Assembly (NCBI GenBank): GCA_963701965.1
Contig: OY969695.1
Span: forward strand, 3,200,001 to 3,264,000
DNA length: 64,000 bases
Direction of reading: 5' to 3'
Origin: an uncultured Gemmatimonadales bacterium
GTDB lineage: Bacteria > Gemmatimonadota > Gemmatimonadetes > Gemmatimonadales > Gemmatimonadaceae
The translations under genes were made by a program, and so were the position numbers. The notes beneath the pieces were generated by a model. That model searched no databases. It was not told where the DNA came from and was given only the letters and a program-made list of their open reading frames with translations. How positions within the stretch are numbered: position 1 is the stretch's first letter; the number at the start of each line of letters is the position of its first letter. Below, piece after piece: positions 20,145-29,244 of this stretch.

Positions 20145-20787
20145 TCAACTCCGCGCGGCGCTGAGCGCCGCCCAACGGACGAACAACGGCGGTCTCGGCT
20201 TTCACATGTGGGGGGTCGTCGTCGATCGCCATGGCATCGTGGTGGCGATCGCCTACACGGGCGCGCAGGTCGGCGATCAGTGGCCGGGGAGCCGCGTGAT
20301 CGCGGCGACCAAAGCCAACACGGCGAACGCACTCAGTCTCGATCGCTTTCCGCTGTCGACCGCGCGACTCTACTCGGCGGTGCAGCCGGGCGGGTCGCTG
20401 TTTGGTCTCCAGGAGTCAGCGCCCGTGAACATTCACGCGGCCTATGGTGGCAAGGCCGACGACTATGGCACGGTGGACGACCATATGCTCGGCAAAGCCA
20501 TCGGCGGCACGAATGTCTTTGGCGGCGGTCTCCCGTTGTACGACGCGACGCGTCACATCATCGGCGGCCTCGGCGTCTCCGGCGACATGTCGTGCGCGGA
20601 CCATAGCGTCGCGTGGAAAGTGCGACACGCGCTCACGCTCGACTATCTCCCCGAAGGGACCGACGACAACATTGTGTACGACATCGGTCCGAACGGGAAG
20701 AGCGCCAGCGGGTGGGGGCACCCCGTGTGCTCGCCGTCGACCAAAGCCGTGGGCGAGGCCTTGGCCAAGGATCTTCCCACGCGCTAG
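20089..20787 (+). CDS. GlcG/HbpS-family heme-binding protein
   Basis: VVVDRHG, SRVIAATKANTA, FGGGLPL, IIGGLGVSG motifs. Confidence 0.85.
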   Translation: MASSMMGESSVAAATVTCDQLRAALSAAQRTNNGGLGFHMWGVVVDRHGIVVAIAYTGAQVGDQWPGSRVIAATKANTANALSLDRFPLSTARLYSAVQPGGSLFGLQESAPVNIHAAYGGKADDYGTVDDHMLGKAIGGTNVFGGGLPLYDATRHIIGGLGVSGDMSCADHSVAWKVRHALTLDYLPEGTDDNIVYDIGPNGKSASGWGHPVCSPSTKAVGEALAKDLPTR

Positions 20788-20799
20788 AGGCGCGCGAAT

Positions 20800-21564
20800 C
20801 TATATAGACTGGACTTCGCCCCCGTCCATGCGAACCGCGGTACCCGTCATCCAACGCGCTGCAGGCGAGACGAGGAACGCCATGAGATCGGCGATCTCCT
20901 CCGGTTGCCCGTAGCGACCAATCCCCGAGGCCGACAAGAACGTCTGCGTCGCATCCTCGACGCTGACGTTGTGCGCCGGCGCCCACTTTTCGAGGTAGGA
21001 ACGTCGTCGCCCGGTCATGACCGGCCCCGGAAGCACGCTGTTCACCTGCACGCCGTCTCGCAGTCCTCGCTCGGCGAACGCCTTGGCCAGTGCTATGATT
21101 GCGGCATTGATGGCCCCCACGGCGGCATAGAGGGCCTTAGGGGCGAGCGCGGAATTGCCCGACATCAACACCACCGCGCCTTTCGACGCCTTCAACGCTT
21201 CCCAAGCCGCGAGGGTCAGCCGGCGCGCCCCGTGCAACTTGAGCGCCATGCCACTCTCCCACTGCGCGTCGGTCATCTCGAAGAGATCGATCTGCGGCAC
21301 CGCGCCGGCGATGTTGAGGAGCGCGTCGATCCGGCCAAAGCGCTCCATCGTGCGATCGACGACCGCGGCGGCCGTCGCCGGCACACCCAGGTCGAGATCC
21401 ACGACGAGCGCTTGGGCGCCCGCGGCCTGCACCACCGCGGCGGTCTCGTTGAGATTCGGGAGATTTCTGGCGACCAGGACCAACCCGGAAAAATCGCGAG
21501 CCAGGCGAATCGCCGTCGCCCGGCCAATGCCTTGGCTCGCGCCGGTCACGATCGCGACCGTCAT
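20800..21564 (-). CDS. SDR-family oxidoreductase (atypical)
   Basis: TGASQGIG, NIAG, VNSVLPGPV, DGG; lacks canonical YxxxK (YAAVG). Confidence 0.9.
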   Translation of the reverse strand: MTVAIVTGASQGIGRATAIRLARDFSGLVLVARNLPNLNETAAVVQAAGAQALVVDLDLGVPATAAAVVDRTMERFGRIDALLNIAGAVPQIDLFEMTDAQWESGMALKLHGARRLTLAAWEALKASKGAVVLMSGNSALAPKALYAAVGAINAAIIALAKAFAERGLRDGVQVNSVLPGPVMTGRRRSYLEKWAPAHNVSVEDATQTFLSASGIGRYGQPEEIADLMAFLVSPAARWMTGTAVRMDGGEVQSI

Positions 21565-22451
21565 GCCCGCCCCGCGACAGCGACCGCGGACGCCAGCGCG
21601 TGCGCGAGAAACGCGTCGATGGCCGCGGCGATTTCGACGGCATGCGTCTCCAGCGCGAAGTGGCCCGTATCGAAGAACCGCACCTCGGCGTGCGGGATGT
21701 CGCGCCGGAACGCCTCGGCGCCCGGGGGCAAGAAGAACGGGTCATTGCGACCCCAGACGGCGAGGAGCGGCGGCTGGCTATCGCGGAAGTAGCGGTGGAA
21801 TACGGGATAGAGCGCGATGTTGCTGGCGTAGTCGATGAAGAGGTCGATCTGTATCTCGCCGGCGCCGGGTCGCGCCAGGTAGAAGTTGTCCAGCGAATAC
21901 CCATCGGGCGACACCAACGACCGATCGCGGACGCCGTGGGTGTACTGCCACACGGTCGTCTCGGGCGCCACCATCTGCCGGAGCGCCGCGCGATGCGCCG
22001 GGGTGGGTTCACGCCAATACGTCCGCGCCGGACCCCACGCATCGCTCAACCCTTCCTCGTAGGCGTTGCCATTTTGCGAGATGATCGCGGTGATGCGTTC
22101 GGGATGGGCCGTCGCCAGGCGAAAGCCGACGGGTGCGCCATAGTCGAACACGTACATCGCGAACCGGTCGAGGTGCAGGACTTCGGTAAAGCGCGCGATC
22201 ACCGTGGCGATATTGGCGAACGTATACGAGAACGCGTCCGGCGCCGGCATGGCGGACTGCCCGAAGCCGGGCAGGTCAGGCGCCACCAGGTGAAAACGAT
22301 CCTCGAGCAGCGGAATGAGATCGCGGAACATGTGCCCGGCGCTGGGAAACCCGTGCAGCAAGAGCAGCGTGGGCGCGTCCGCCGGCCCCGCCTCGCGATA
22401 GAATATCTCGAGCCCGTCGACTTGGGCTGTGCGATAATGCGTCGTGCTCAT
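21561..22451 (-). CDS. Alpha/beta hydrolase, epoxide hydrolase/haloalkane dehalogenase clan
   Basis: HGFP, APDLPGFG, nucleophile VFDYG, WGRND, TGHFALE. Confidence 0.9.
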   Translation of the reverse strand: MSTTHYRTAQVDGLEIFYREAGPADAPTLLLLHGFPSAGHMFRDLIPLLEDRFHLVAPDLPGFGQSAMPAPDAFSYTFANIATVIARFTEVLHLDRFAMYVFDYGAPVGFRLATAHPERITAIISQNGNAYEEGLSDAWGPARTYWREPTPAHRAALRQMVAPETTVWQYTHGVRDRSLVSPDGYSLDNFYLARPGAGEIQIDLFIDYASNIALYPVFHRYFRDSQPPLLAVWGRNDPFFLPPGAEAFRRDIPHAEVRFFDTGHFALETHAVEIAAAIDAFLAHALASAVAVAGRA

Positions 22452-22477
22452 GCGCGCCTCCCTCAGGGCATATAGAC

Positions 22478-22578
22478 GATAACCGCTCTAAAGTCCACAA
22501 TGGAGTTATCCATGTCTCTGCGGCTTGTCAAGGCGGAGCGTCGTAAATAACTTGTCGCGGAGATATAGGGCGGTTATC
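22478..22578. promoter_or_regulatory. Divergent promoter region with two TAAC-N21-GTTA palindromes flanking a shared TTGTCAA (-35-like) element
   Basis: TAAC 22480-83/GTTA 22505-08; TAAC 22548-51/GTTA 22573-76; TTGTCA(+) 22525-30 and TTGACA(-) 22531-26, each 17 nt from the inner half-site. Confidence 0.7.
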
Positions 22579-22589
22579 GCCGAGGTCGC

Positions 22590-24353
22590 ATGAGCATCGT
22601 CGTGTCCGTGAACGTCGGGCTTCCCCAAGATGTGTCATGGCAAGGCAAGATCGTGCGGACGGCGATTTGGAAGCGGCCGGTCGACGGGAGGGTGCGCGTT
22701 GGCCGCCTCAACATTGCCGGTGACGGACAAGGCGATCTCAACGGACACGGCGGTGAGCACCGCGCCGTGATGGTATACCAGCTCGACTCCTATCGCTACT
22801 GGCAAGAGCATCTGGGGCGATCCGACTTCGTCCACGGGCAGTTCGGAGAGAATTTCACCGTCGACGGGCTCGCCGACTCCGAGGTCTGCATCGGCGATCG
22901 CTTTCGCATCGGGAGCGCGGTATTCGAGGTGAGTCAGCCGCGCGTCACGTGCTACCGACTCGGCATCCGGATGAACGAGCCGGATATGCCCGCGTTGGTG
23001 GTCTCGCATCACCGGCCGGGATTCTACTTCCGCGTCATCGAGGAGGGCAATGTCGGCGCGGGGGATCCGATCACCAAGGTCGCGGACGGCCCCGAGCGCG
23101 TGACGGTCGCGGACGTCAATGCGCTGCTCTACCTCCATGGGCATTCTGCCGACGCCCTGCAACGGGCGTTACGCGTTCCGGCGCTCAGTCCGGGATGGCA
23201 AATGTCTCTCCGCGCGCTGCTCGCGGCGAGTCACAATGGCCAAGCCACCGGGAACCCCGGTTTATCGGCGCCGACTGGCGCCGTGGCATGGCCCGGCTTT
23301 CGCCCGATGACGGTCGTCTCGTCGACCCCGGAGAGTGTCGACATTCGGTCGTTTGTCCTGGGAGCGGCGGACGGCACGCCGTTGCCCGCCGCGCTGCCTG
23401 GACAGTACATCGTCATCAAGGTGCGGCCCGCCGCGGGCGGCGCCGCCCTCTCCCGCTCGTATTCACTCTCCGGCCCACCGGCGGCCGGAACCTATCGTAT
23501 CAGCGTCAAGCGCGAAGTGGCGGGCGTGGTCAGCACGTACCTCCACGAGCACCTGCGTGCCGGCGATACTCTGGACGCTAGTGCCCCGCGGGGGGCGTTT
23601 ACGCTCGCCTCCGACCCGCGTCCGGCCGTCTTTCTCAGCGCCGGCGTCGGCGCCACCCCATTGGTGGCGATGCTGTATGCGTTGGCCGCCGCCAATGGAC
23701 ACGCGCCGCGCGCGATGTGGTGGATCTACGCGGCGCGCGATGGCGCGCACCATTGTTTCGCGCGCGAGGCGCGCGGTCTCATTCAGTCCCTGGCGTCGGG
23801 TCACGCGATGACGGTCTACAGCCGGCCGGACGATCGCGATCAACTCGGCCGCGACTACGATGCGCAAGGACACATCGGCGTGCCTCTGCTCGAGCAAGCG
23901 GGCGTTCCACGGGAGGCCGCCTTCTATCTCTGTGGACCGGCAGGGTTCCTGGACGCCGTGCCGGCAGGGCTCATACAGTGGGGCGTCCGGGAGGCGGACA
24001 TCCACACCGAGGTGTTCGGCGGCGGTCCGGCGTTGACCCCGGGCGTGGTCGGCACCACGCACGAGGCGCCGCACATGCCCAGCGGCGCACCGGGGACCGG
24101 TCCGTCCGTGGCGTTCACCCGCAGTGGACTCGTCGTCCCATGGAATGCGCGATTCCAGAGTGTCCTCGAGCTCGCCGAAGCGTGCGCGGTCCCAACGCGG
24201 TGGTCCTGCCGCACGGGCGTGTGTCACACCTGCGAGTGCGCGCTCATCGAGGGCCGGGTCCGTTACGCGCCGGATCCCCTGGACCCGCCCGCGGATGGGA
24301 ACGCCCTGATCTGCTGCTCGACGCCCGTGTCGGACGTTCAGTTCGACCTTTGA
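22590..24353 (+). CDS. MOSC + 3-alpha + FAD/NAD-binding reductase + 2Fe-2S ferredoxin fusion protein
   Basis: MOSC (HGGEHRAV, FGENFT, SQPRVTCYRL), FNR (PGQY, RSYSL, SAGVGATP, YLCGP), ferredoxin CRTGVCHTC...CC. Confidence 0.93.
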   Translation: MSIVVSVNVGLPQDVSWQGKIVRTAIWKRPVDGRVRVGRLNIAGDGQGDLNGHGGEHRAVMVYQLDSYRYWQEHLGRSDFVHGQFGENFTVDGLADSEVCIGDRFRIGSAVFEVSQPRVTCYRLGIRMNEPDMPALVVSHHRPGFYFRVIEEGNVGAGDPITKVADGPERVTVADVNALLYLHGHSADALQRALRVPALSPGWQMSLRALLAASHNGQATGNPGLSAPTGAVAWPGFRPMTVVSSTPESVDIRSFVLGAADGTPLPAALPGQYIVIKVRPAAGGAALSRSYSLSGPPAAGTYRISVKREVAGVVSTYLHEHLRAGDTLDASAPRGAFTLASDPRPAVFLSAGVGATPLVAMLYALAAANGHAPRAMWWIYAARDGAHHCFAREARGLIQSLASGHAMTVYSRPDDRDQLGRDYDAQGHIGVPLLEQAGVPREAAFYLCGPAGFLDAVPAGLIQWGVREADIHTEVFGGGPALTPGVVGTTHEAPHMPSGAPGTGPSVAFTRSGLVVPWNARFQSVLELAEACAVPTRWSCRTGVCHTCECALIEGRVRYAPDPLDPPADGNALICCSTPVSDVQFDL

Positions 24354-24478
24354 AAGGCACTTGCGTCTGTCGGCGCCGCCGGAGGCTTGAGCTCGAGCAC
24401 CAGAATCGTGATCAACACCGCGAACACGGCATCCGAGAACGCGCTCAACCGCTCGGGTGTGGCTCGTTGATCCCGCAT
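24338..24478 (-). pseudogene. Truncated TMEM175-family potassium channel (N-terminal 46 aa only)
   Basis: GGAGG RBS then MRDQRATPERLSAFSDAVFAVLITILVLELKPPAAPT..., the RxxxFSDxV TM1 motif of TMEM175; runs into the 3' end of the MOSC gene and stops. Too short for the ORF track. Confidence 0.75.
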
Positions 24479-24494
24479 AGTCCCTCCGCTAGGG

Positions 24495-24523
24495 TAACTT
24501 GGCAAGAGTCCGTAGAGTGGTTA
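24495..24523. promoter_or_regulatory. Third TAAC-N21-GTTA palindrome
   Basis: TAAC 24495-98, GTTA 24520-23, between the TMEM175 remnant and the CGNR gene. Confidence 0.6.
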
Positions 24524-24578
24524 GCTTCGATCAGTTCGCTCACTCGGCAAGCGCACAATCGTTGCCATCGAGGGTAAC

Positions 24579-25205
24579 CTGTCCAGCTTCATCGCCGACG
24601 CCCTCGGCGTGGATTTCTTGAATTCGATCGCCACGCCCGTGGACACGCCGGTCGAGTCGATCGGCGATGGGGAAGGCCTGCTCCGCTGGCTCGACCAGGC
24701 GGGGCTCGTCTCCGACAATGTCCTCGCGACGTACCGGGCCACGGCGGTTCCCGGGGAATTGGATGCCGCGGCGGCGCAGGCGCGCGCGCTCCGCGAGTGG
24801 TTTCGCGCTTTTGTCCTCAAGCACTTGGGGAAGCCGCTCAAGCCGGATGCGCTGCGGGAGCTCGAACCCCTCAATCGCATGCTCACGCGCGACGAGGCCT
24901 TTGGCCAAGTGGTCGCGCGCGGCCGGACCCGGCCCCGTCCCACTAAGGGCGTCCCTCCGTTCGAGTGGCGGCCGCAGCGGCGGTGGCGGTCGCCCGATGC
25001 CCTGTTGCTGCCCATTGCCAAAGCGATCGCCAATGTGGTCTGTACCGAGGACTTCGCGCACATCAAGGCGTGCGAGGGTCCGGCGTGCACGCTCCTCTTC
25101 CTCGATCGCACGCGTGGCCGCGCGCGCCGGTGGTGCAGCATGGCCGTTTGCGGAAACCGCGCCAAGCAGGCCGCGCACCGGAAACGCGCCCAGCGCCACG
25201 CCTGA
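24579..25205 (+). CDS. ABATE/CGNR zinc-finger domain protein (putative transcriptional regulator)
   Basis: LGVDFLNS, C-terminal CEGPACTLLFLDRTRGRARRWCSMAVCGNRAKQ. Start uncertain: CTG 24579 after GAGG, or GTG 24609. Confidence 0.9.
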   Translation: MSSFIADALGVDFLNSIATPVDTPVESIGDGEGLLRWLDQAGLVSDNVLATYRATAVPGELDAAAAQARALREWFRAFVLKHLGKPLKPDALRELEPLNRMLTRDEAFGQVVARGRTRPRPTKGVPPFEWRPQRRWRSPDALLLPIAKAIANVVCTEDFAHIKACEGPACTLLFLDRTRGRARRWCSMAVCGNRAKQAAHRKRAQRHA

Positions 25206-25250
25206 GTCGGGGGCCCAAACCTTCCTGAGGGCGACGCTGTCGAATCCGAA

Positions 25251-27683
25251 ATGCCGACCCTCGCCGAGTTGCGCAGCGCCGCCCGCGGGCTGGTGCGTGC
25301 CCCGACCGTCTCGATTGCCGCGATCCTGTGTTTGGCCTTGGGGCTGGGTGGCACCTGCGCCATCGCGAGCGCGCTGGACCGCGTGCTCATCCGCTCGCTG
25401 CCGTTTCGGAGCCCCGATCGGCTGGTGACGGTGTATCGCACGAGCCCGAAATTCCGCACCCTGCCGTTTTCGGTCGCGAACTACCTGGACTTCGCCCACG
25501 ATCCGCGCCAGCTCGAGGGACTCGCCGCGCTCGCGTTCAAAACCGGGCTGCTCGCGCTCCCGGATCGGGCGATGCAGGTCGACATCTATCGCGTGACCGG
25601 CAACCTGTTGCCGCTCCTCGGCGTGCACGACGTACAAGGCCGGGTGCTCACCCCCGCCGACGACGCGGCGGGATCGCCCCCCGTGGTGGTCCTGAGCAAT
25701 GCGTTGTGGCGCGACGCGCTGGGCGCCGATCCTGCGATCCTGGGCCGCACGATTCGGCTGGACGGCGTCACGCGCACGGTCGTCGGCATCCTTCCCTCTG
25801 GCTTCCGCGTGCCGCACGGCGGCGAGGTGCTCGAGGCCGATCTCTGGGTCCCGACGCAGTTCACGGCCGAGGAGCGCTCGCGGAGATTCTTTAACCACCT
25901 CAAGGTGCTAGGCCGGCTCGCCCCGGGCGCCCCGGGCGCCACGGTCGCGTCGGCCGAGGCGGAGCTCCAAGCAACCGCGGCCCACCTCGACGCTTTGTAC
26001 CCGGAGATGCGCGGCGAGAGCATCGTGGCGACGACCATGCAGCAGGACGGAGTCCGGGCCGTGCGCACGCCGCTGCTCCTGCTCTTTGGCGCGGTGCTCG
26101 CCGTCCTGCTCATCGCCAGCGTCAACGTCGCCAGCCTGCTCCTCGCCCGCGGCCTGGCCCGCCGCCGCGAGATGGCCGTGCGCACGGCGCTCGGCGGCGC
26201 GCGGTGGGTCATCATGCGCCCGGTGCTCATTGAGAGTCTCCTGCTGGCGTCGACCGGCGGCGTCATTGGGCTTGGCCTGGCCTCGATCGGCATCCGGCTG
26301 ATCCGCACGCTGGCGGTGCGCGAGCTGCCCCAGCTTACCGGACTCTCGGTCGACTTCCGGATCGTCGCGTTCGCCATGGGTCTCGTGATCATCATCGCGG
26401 GCCTGGCCGGCGCGATCCCGGCGTGGCGGACGGCCGCGGTCGATCCGGGCGAGGCCTTGGGCGGCGGTCGGGGGTCGAGCGGCGCCCGCGGGCAGCACCG
26501 CGTGTTGAGCGTGCTCGTGGTCACCGAGCTCGCGCTCTCGCTCACCTTCCTGGTGGGAGCGGGACTCGTGCTGCGCGGCTTCGCGACGCTGACGCACAAG
26601 GAGCCCGGATTCGACGCCCACGCGATCCTGACGCTCAGTGCGAGCGTGGCCCCGGATCGCTATGACGGCGACTCGATCATCCTGCGGCGGTTCCTGAACC
26701 CCGTGCTCGCGCGCATCGGCCAGCTGCCGGGCGTGGCCGGCGCCGGATCGATTCACTGTCTACCGTACGCGTGTTGGGGATCCAACTTCAACGCGCTCTA
26801 CGAAGGGCAGCCCGACGTCGAGGCGTCCAAGCGCCCGGAAGTCGAAGAGCGCGCCGTGTCGCCAGGCTATGTCCAGGCGTTAGGTATGCGCCTCGTACGG
26901 GGCCGCGCTTTGCGCGACGATGACGACCGCCGCGCGTCGTCGCCGCGCGTGGCGCTGGCCAATGAGGCGCTGGTCGCCCGCGACTTCCCGGGCCAGGACC
27001 CTATCGGCAAGCGGTTCCGGGCGGGAAGCGACACCGGGTGGGCCACGATCGTCGGCGTCGTCAGCAACGTGCGGAACTTTGGTCCGACCAGCGACCCGGT
27101 GCCGGAGATGTACTTCCCCTACGCGCAGGATGGTCTCGACGACCGGATCCCGATCGTCGTGCGGGTCAAAGGGGATGACCCGACGGCGATCATCCCGTCC
27201 GTGCGCGCTATCATTCACGACATCGATCCGCAGGCGGCGGTGAGCCGCGTGCGACCGATGACCCAGGTGATGGCGGCAAGCGTCGGCACGCCGCGGTTCT
27301 ATCTCACGCTCTTGGGCACGTTCGCGCTGGTAGCGCTAGTCCTCGCCATTGCGGGGCTGTACGGCGTCATGAGCTACGTGGTCGTCCAGCGCAGGCGCGA
27401 GCTCGGGATCCGGAGCGCCCTCGGCGGCTCACGCTCGGCGATCCTGCGCCACGTCTCGCAGCGCGGCGTCGGGCTGATTGCGGTCGGCGTACTCTTCGGT
27501 CTCGCCGGCGCGGCCGCGCTCACCCGCGTGCTGGGCACGATGCTCTACGGGGTGAGCCCGCTGGATGGTCAGGCGTGGCTCGTCACCACGAGCGCGTTGG
27601 CGGTCGCCGGCCTCATCGCGACGCTAGTACCGGCGTTCCGCGCGGCCCGGGTGGATCCGGTGATCGCGATGCGCGTCGAGTAG
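25251..27683 (+). CDS. Duplicated MacB/FtsX-like ABC permease (ADOP type), no ATPase nearby
   Basis: LALGLG, VVGILP, LLIASVNVASLLLAR...RRREMAVRTALG, RRRELGIRSALG, PAFRAARVDPVIAMR. Confidence 0.92.
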   Translation: MPTLAELRSAARGLVRAPTVSIAAILCLALGLGGTCAIASALDRVLIRSLPFRSPDRLVTVYRTSPKFRTLPFSVANYLDFAHDPRQLEGLAALAFKTGLLALPDRAMQVDIYRVTGNLLPLLGVHDVQGRVLTPADDAAGSPPVVVLSNALWRDALGADPAILGRTIRLDGVTRTVVGILPSGFRVPHGGEVLEADLWVPTQFTAEERSRRFFNHLKVLGRLAPGAPGATVASAEAELQATAAHLDALYPEMRGESIVATTMQQDGVRAVRTPLLLLFGAVLAVLLIASVNVASLLLARGLARRREMAVRTALGGARWVIMRPVLIESLLLASTGGVIGLGLASIGIRLIRTLAVRELPQLTGLSVDFRIVAFAMGLVIIIAGLAGAIPAWRTAAVDPGEALGGGRGSSGARGQHRVLSVLVVTELALSLTFLVGAGLVLRGFATLTHKEPGFDAHAILTLSASVAPDRYDGDSIILRRFLNPVLARIGQLPGVAGAGSIHCLPYACWGSNFNALYEGQPDVEASKRPEVEERAVSPGYVQALGMRLVRGRALRDDDDRRASSPRVALANEALVARDFPGQDPIGKRFRAGSDTGWATIVGVVSNVRNFGPTSDPVPEMYFPYAQDGLDDRIPIVVRVKGDDPTAIIPSVRAIIHDIDPQAAVSRVRPMTQVMAASVGTPRFYLTLLGTFALVALVLAIAGLYGVMSYVVVQRRRELGIRSALGGSRSAILRHVSQRGVGLIAVGVLFGLAGAAALTRVLGTMLYGVSPLDGQAWLVTTSALAVAGLIATLVPAFRAARVDPVIAMRVE

Positions 27684-27688
27684 CCCCT

Positions 27689-28540
27689 CTACCTTCGGCG
27701 GAGATGCCGTCGAAGCTGCGCCGGTGTGTACCCGGTGGCCCGCCGCACACTACGGGTCAGATGACTTTGGTCGGCGAAACCGGCGCGAGCCGCCACCTCG
27801 GCGAGTGGTGCGTCCGTCGCCGCCAGATCGCGGCAGGCCGCGCGCACGCGGACACCCCGCGCATATTCGCCAACTGAGGAATTGAGGTGTGTGCGAAAGG
27901 CACGCGCCAGCTCCGCCGGGTGCACCCCAACAATCGCCGCGATCGCGGTCAAACCGGGCGGGCGTCGGAAATGGGCCTCCAGGTACGCCTGCACCTCCGG
28001 CAACCAGGACGGCCGCTGGCGCGTCGTCAGGGCGCCGGGTTGGCGCGGCAGCGTCGCCAGGAGCTCCATGATCAACCCCTCGACCAGTAGGTTCGAGAGC
28101 GGATCCTGACTGTCCGCCTCCGCATGCATGCGCAACATGAGGGCACTGGCGGCGGGCCGACTGAGCCACGACGGCCTCTCGGTCGCGATGTGACATCCGT
28201 CGAGACGGGACACCCACGCCTCTGGCAACTCGATGCTGAACAGTCTTCCGCCGTCGCCGCCGAAAGTGTCGCTATGCAGCTCGCCCGCCGGATGATACAG
28301 CCCGGTCATGGCCAGGCAGTGCCGCTCGTCGCGGCCGGCGCGCTCGGTATACGATCCCGCGATCACGAGCGAGAGGTACGCGTGCTCATGATAATGGTGC
28401 GCGCACATTGCCCGTGGCGCGTATACATAGTCCGTCAGAGTCGTACCAGCCACGGACCTGATCGATATACTCTTACCCAGGAAAGCGCCGCGTCCGAGGC
28501 CCACCGGCGTACCAAACCGTTTCGCGCGTTCAAGACTCAC
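27689..28540 (-). CDS. AraC-family transcriptional regulator with cupin-like N-domain
   Basis: HHYHEHAY; C-terminal VGVHPAELARAFR, AGFADQSHLTR...TP. Start uncertain. Confidence 0.88.
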   Translation of the reverse strand: MSLERAKRFGTPVGLGRGAFLGKSISIRSVAGTTLTDYVYAPRAMCAHHYHEHAYLSLVIAGSYTERAGRDERHCLAMTGLYHPAGELHSDTFGGDGGRLFSIELPEAWVSRLDGCHIATERPSWLSRPAASALMLRMHAEADSQDPLSNLLVEGLIMELLATLPRQPGALTTRQRPSWLPEVQAYLEAHFRRPPGLTAIAAIVGVHPAELARAFRTHLNSSVGEYARGVRVRAACRDLAATDAPLAEVAARAGFADQSHLTRSVRRATGYTPAQLRRHLRRR

Positions 28541-28567
28541 TGCGGTCCCCCGCGTATGCATTTGTCC

Positions 28568-29233
28568 ATGCGCACCAGTAGCGGACTTCATCTCGCGACG
28601 GTCATCGGATCGCTGTTGGGAATCTCGATGGTCGGCGCGGCACTGTCGAAAACGTATGCGGGCGTCACGCGCCAGGGCCACGGCATCGTCATCGTCTACT
28701 TCGCCGCTATCGCGTTCGAGTGGTCCCTGCTTGCCTTCGTCTGGTGGGGATCGATGCGCGGGTCGAATGCCACGCTACGCGCCGTCGTGGCCGGTCGCCA
28801 AAGAACCTGGCGCACAACGGTCATCGACGTGGGGGTCGCGGCGGTGCTACTCATCGGCTGGGGGCTCCTGGAGCCGCTCATCATCCGGGCACTGGGGACC
28901 GAGGGTTGGGGTTCCACGGCGGCGATCCTCCCGCACGGCGCCCTCGAATTCGGCGTCTGGATAGTGCTGTCGCTCACCGCGGGTTTCTGCGAAGAGATCG
29001 TGTTTCGCGGTTACCTCCTCGAACAGCTGCGACGCCGTACCAGGACCGTGAGCGTCGCGATCCTGTTTCAGGCCGTAATGTTTGGCATCTCCCACGGATA
29101 CCAAGGCGTGAAGAACATGGCGCTCATTACCGCCCTCGGCGTCCTATATGGGCTCGTCGCATACTGGCGCGGCTCGCTCGCACCCGGCATCCTCGCGCAC
29201 GTCTGGGCTGATATCGCGAGCGTGATCTCCTAG
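28568..29233 (+). CDS. CPBP (CAAX/Abi) intramembrane metalloprotease
   Basis: EEIVFRG, FGISH, AHVWAD motifs; multiple TM helices. Confidence 0.88.
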   Translation: MRTSSGLHLATVIGSLLGISMVGAALSKTYAGVTRQGHGIVIVYFAAIAFEWSLLAFVWWGSMRGSNATLRAVVAGRQRTWRTTVIDVGVAAVLLIGWGLLEPLIIRALGTEGWGSTAAILPHGALEFGVWIVLSLTAGFCEEIVFRGYLLEQLRRRTRTVSVAILFQAVMFGISHGYQGVKNMALITALGVLYGLVAYWRGSLAPGILAHVWADIASVIS

Positions 29234-29244
29234 CGCGGGTCGCG

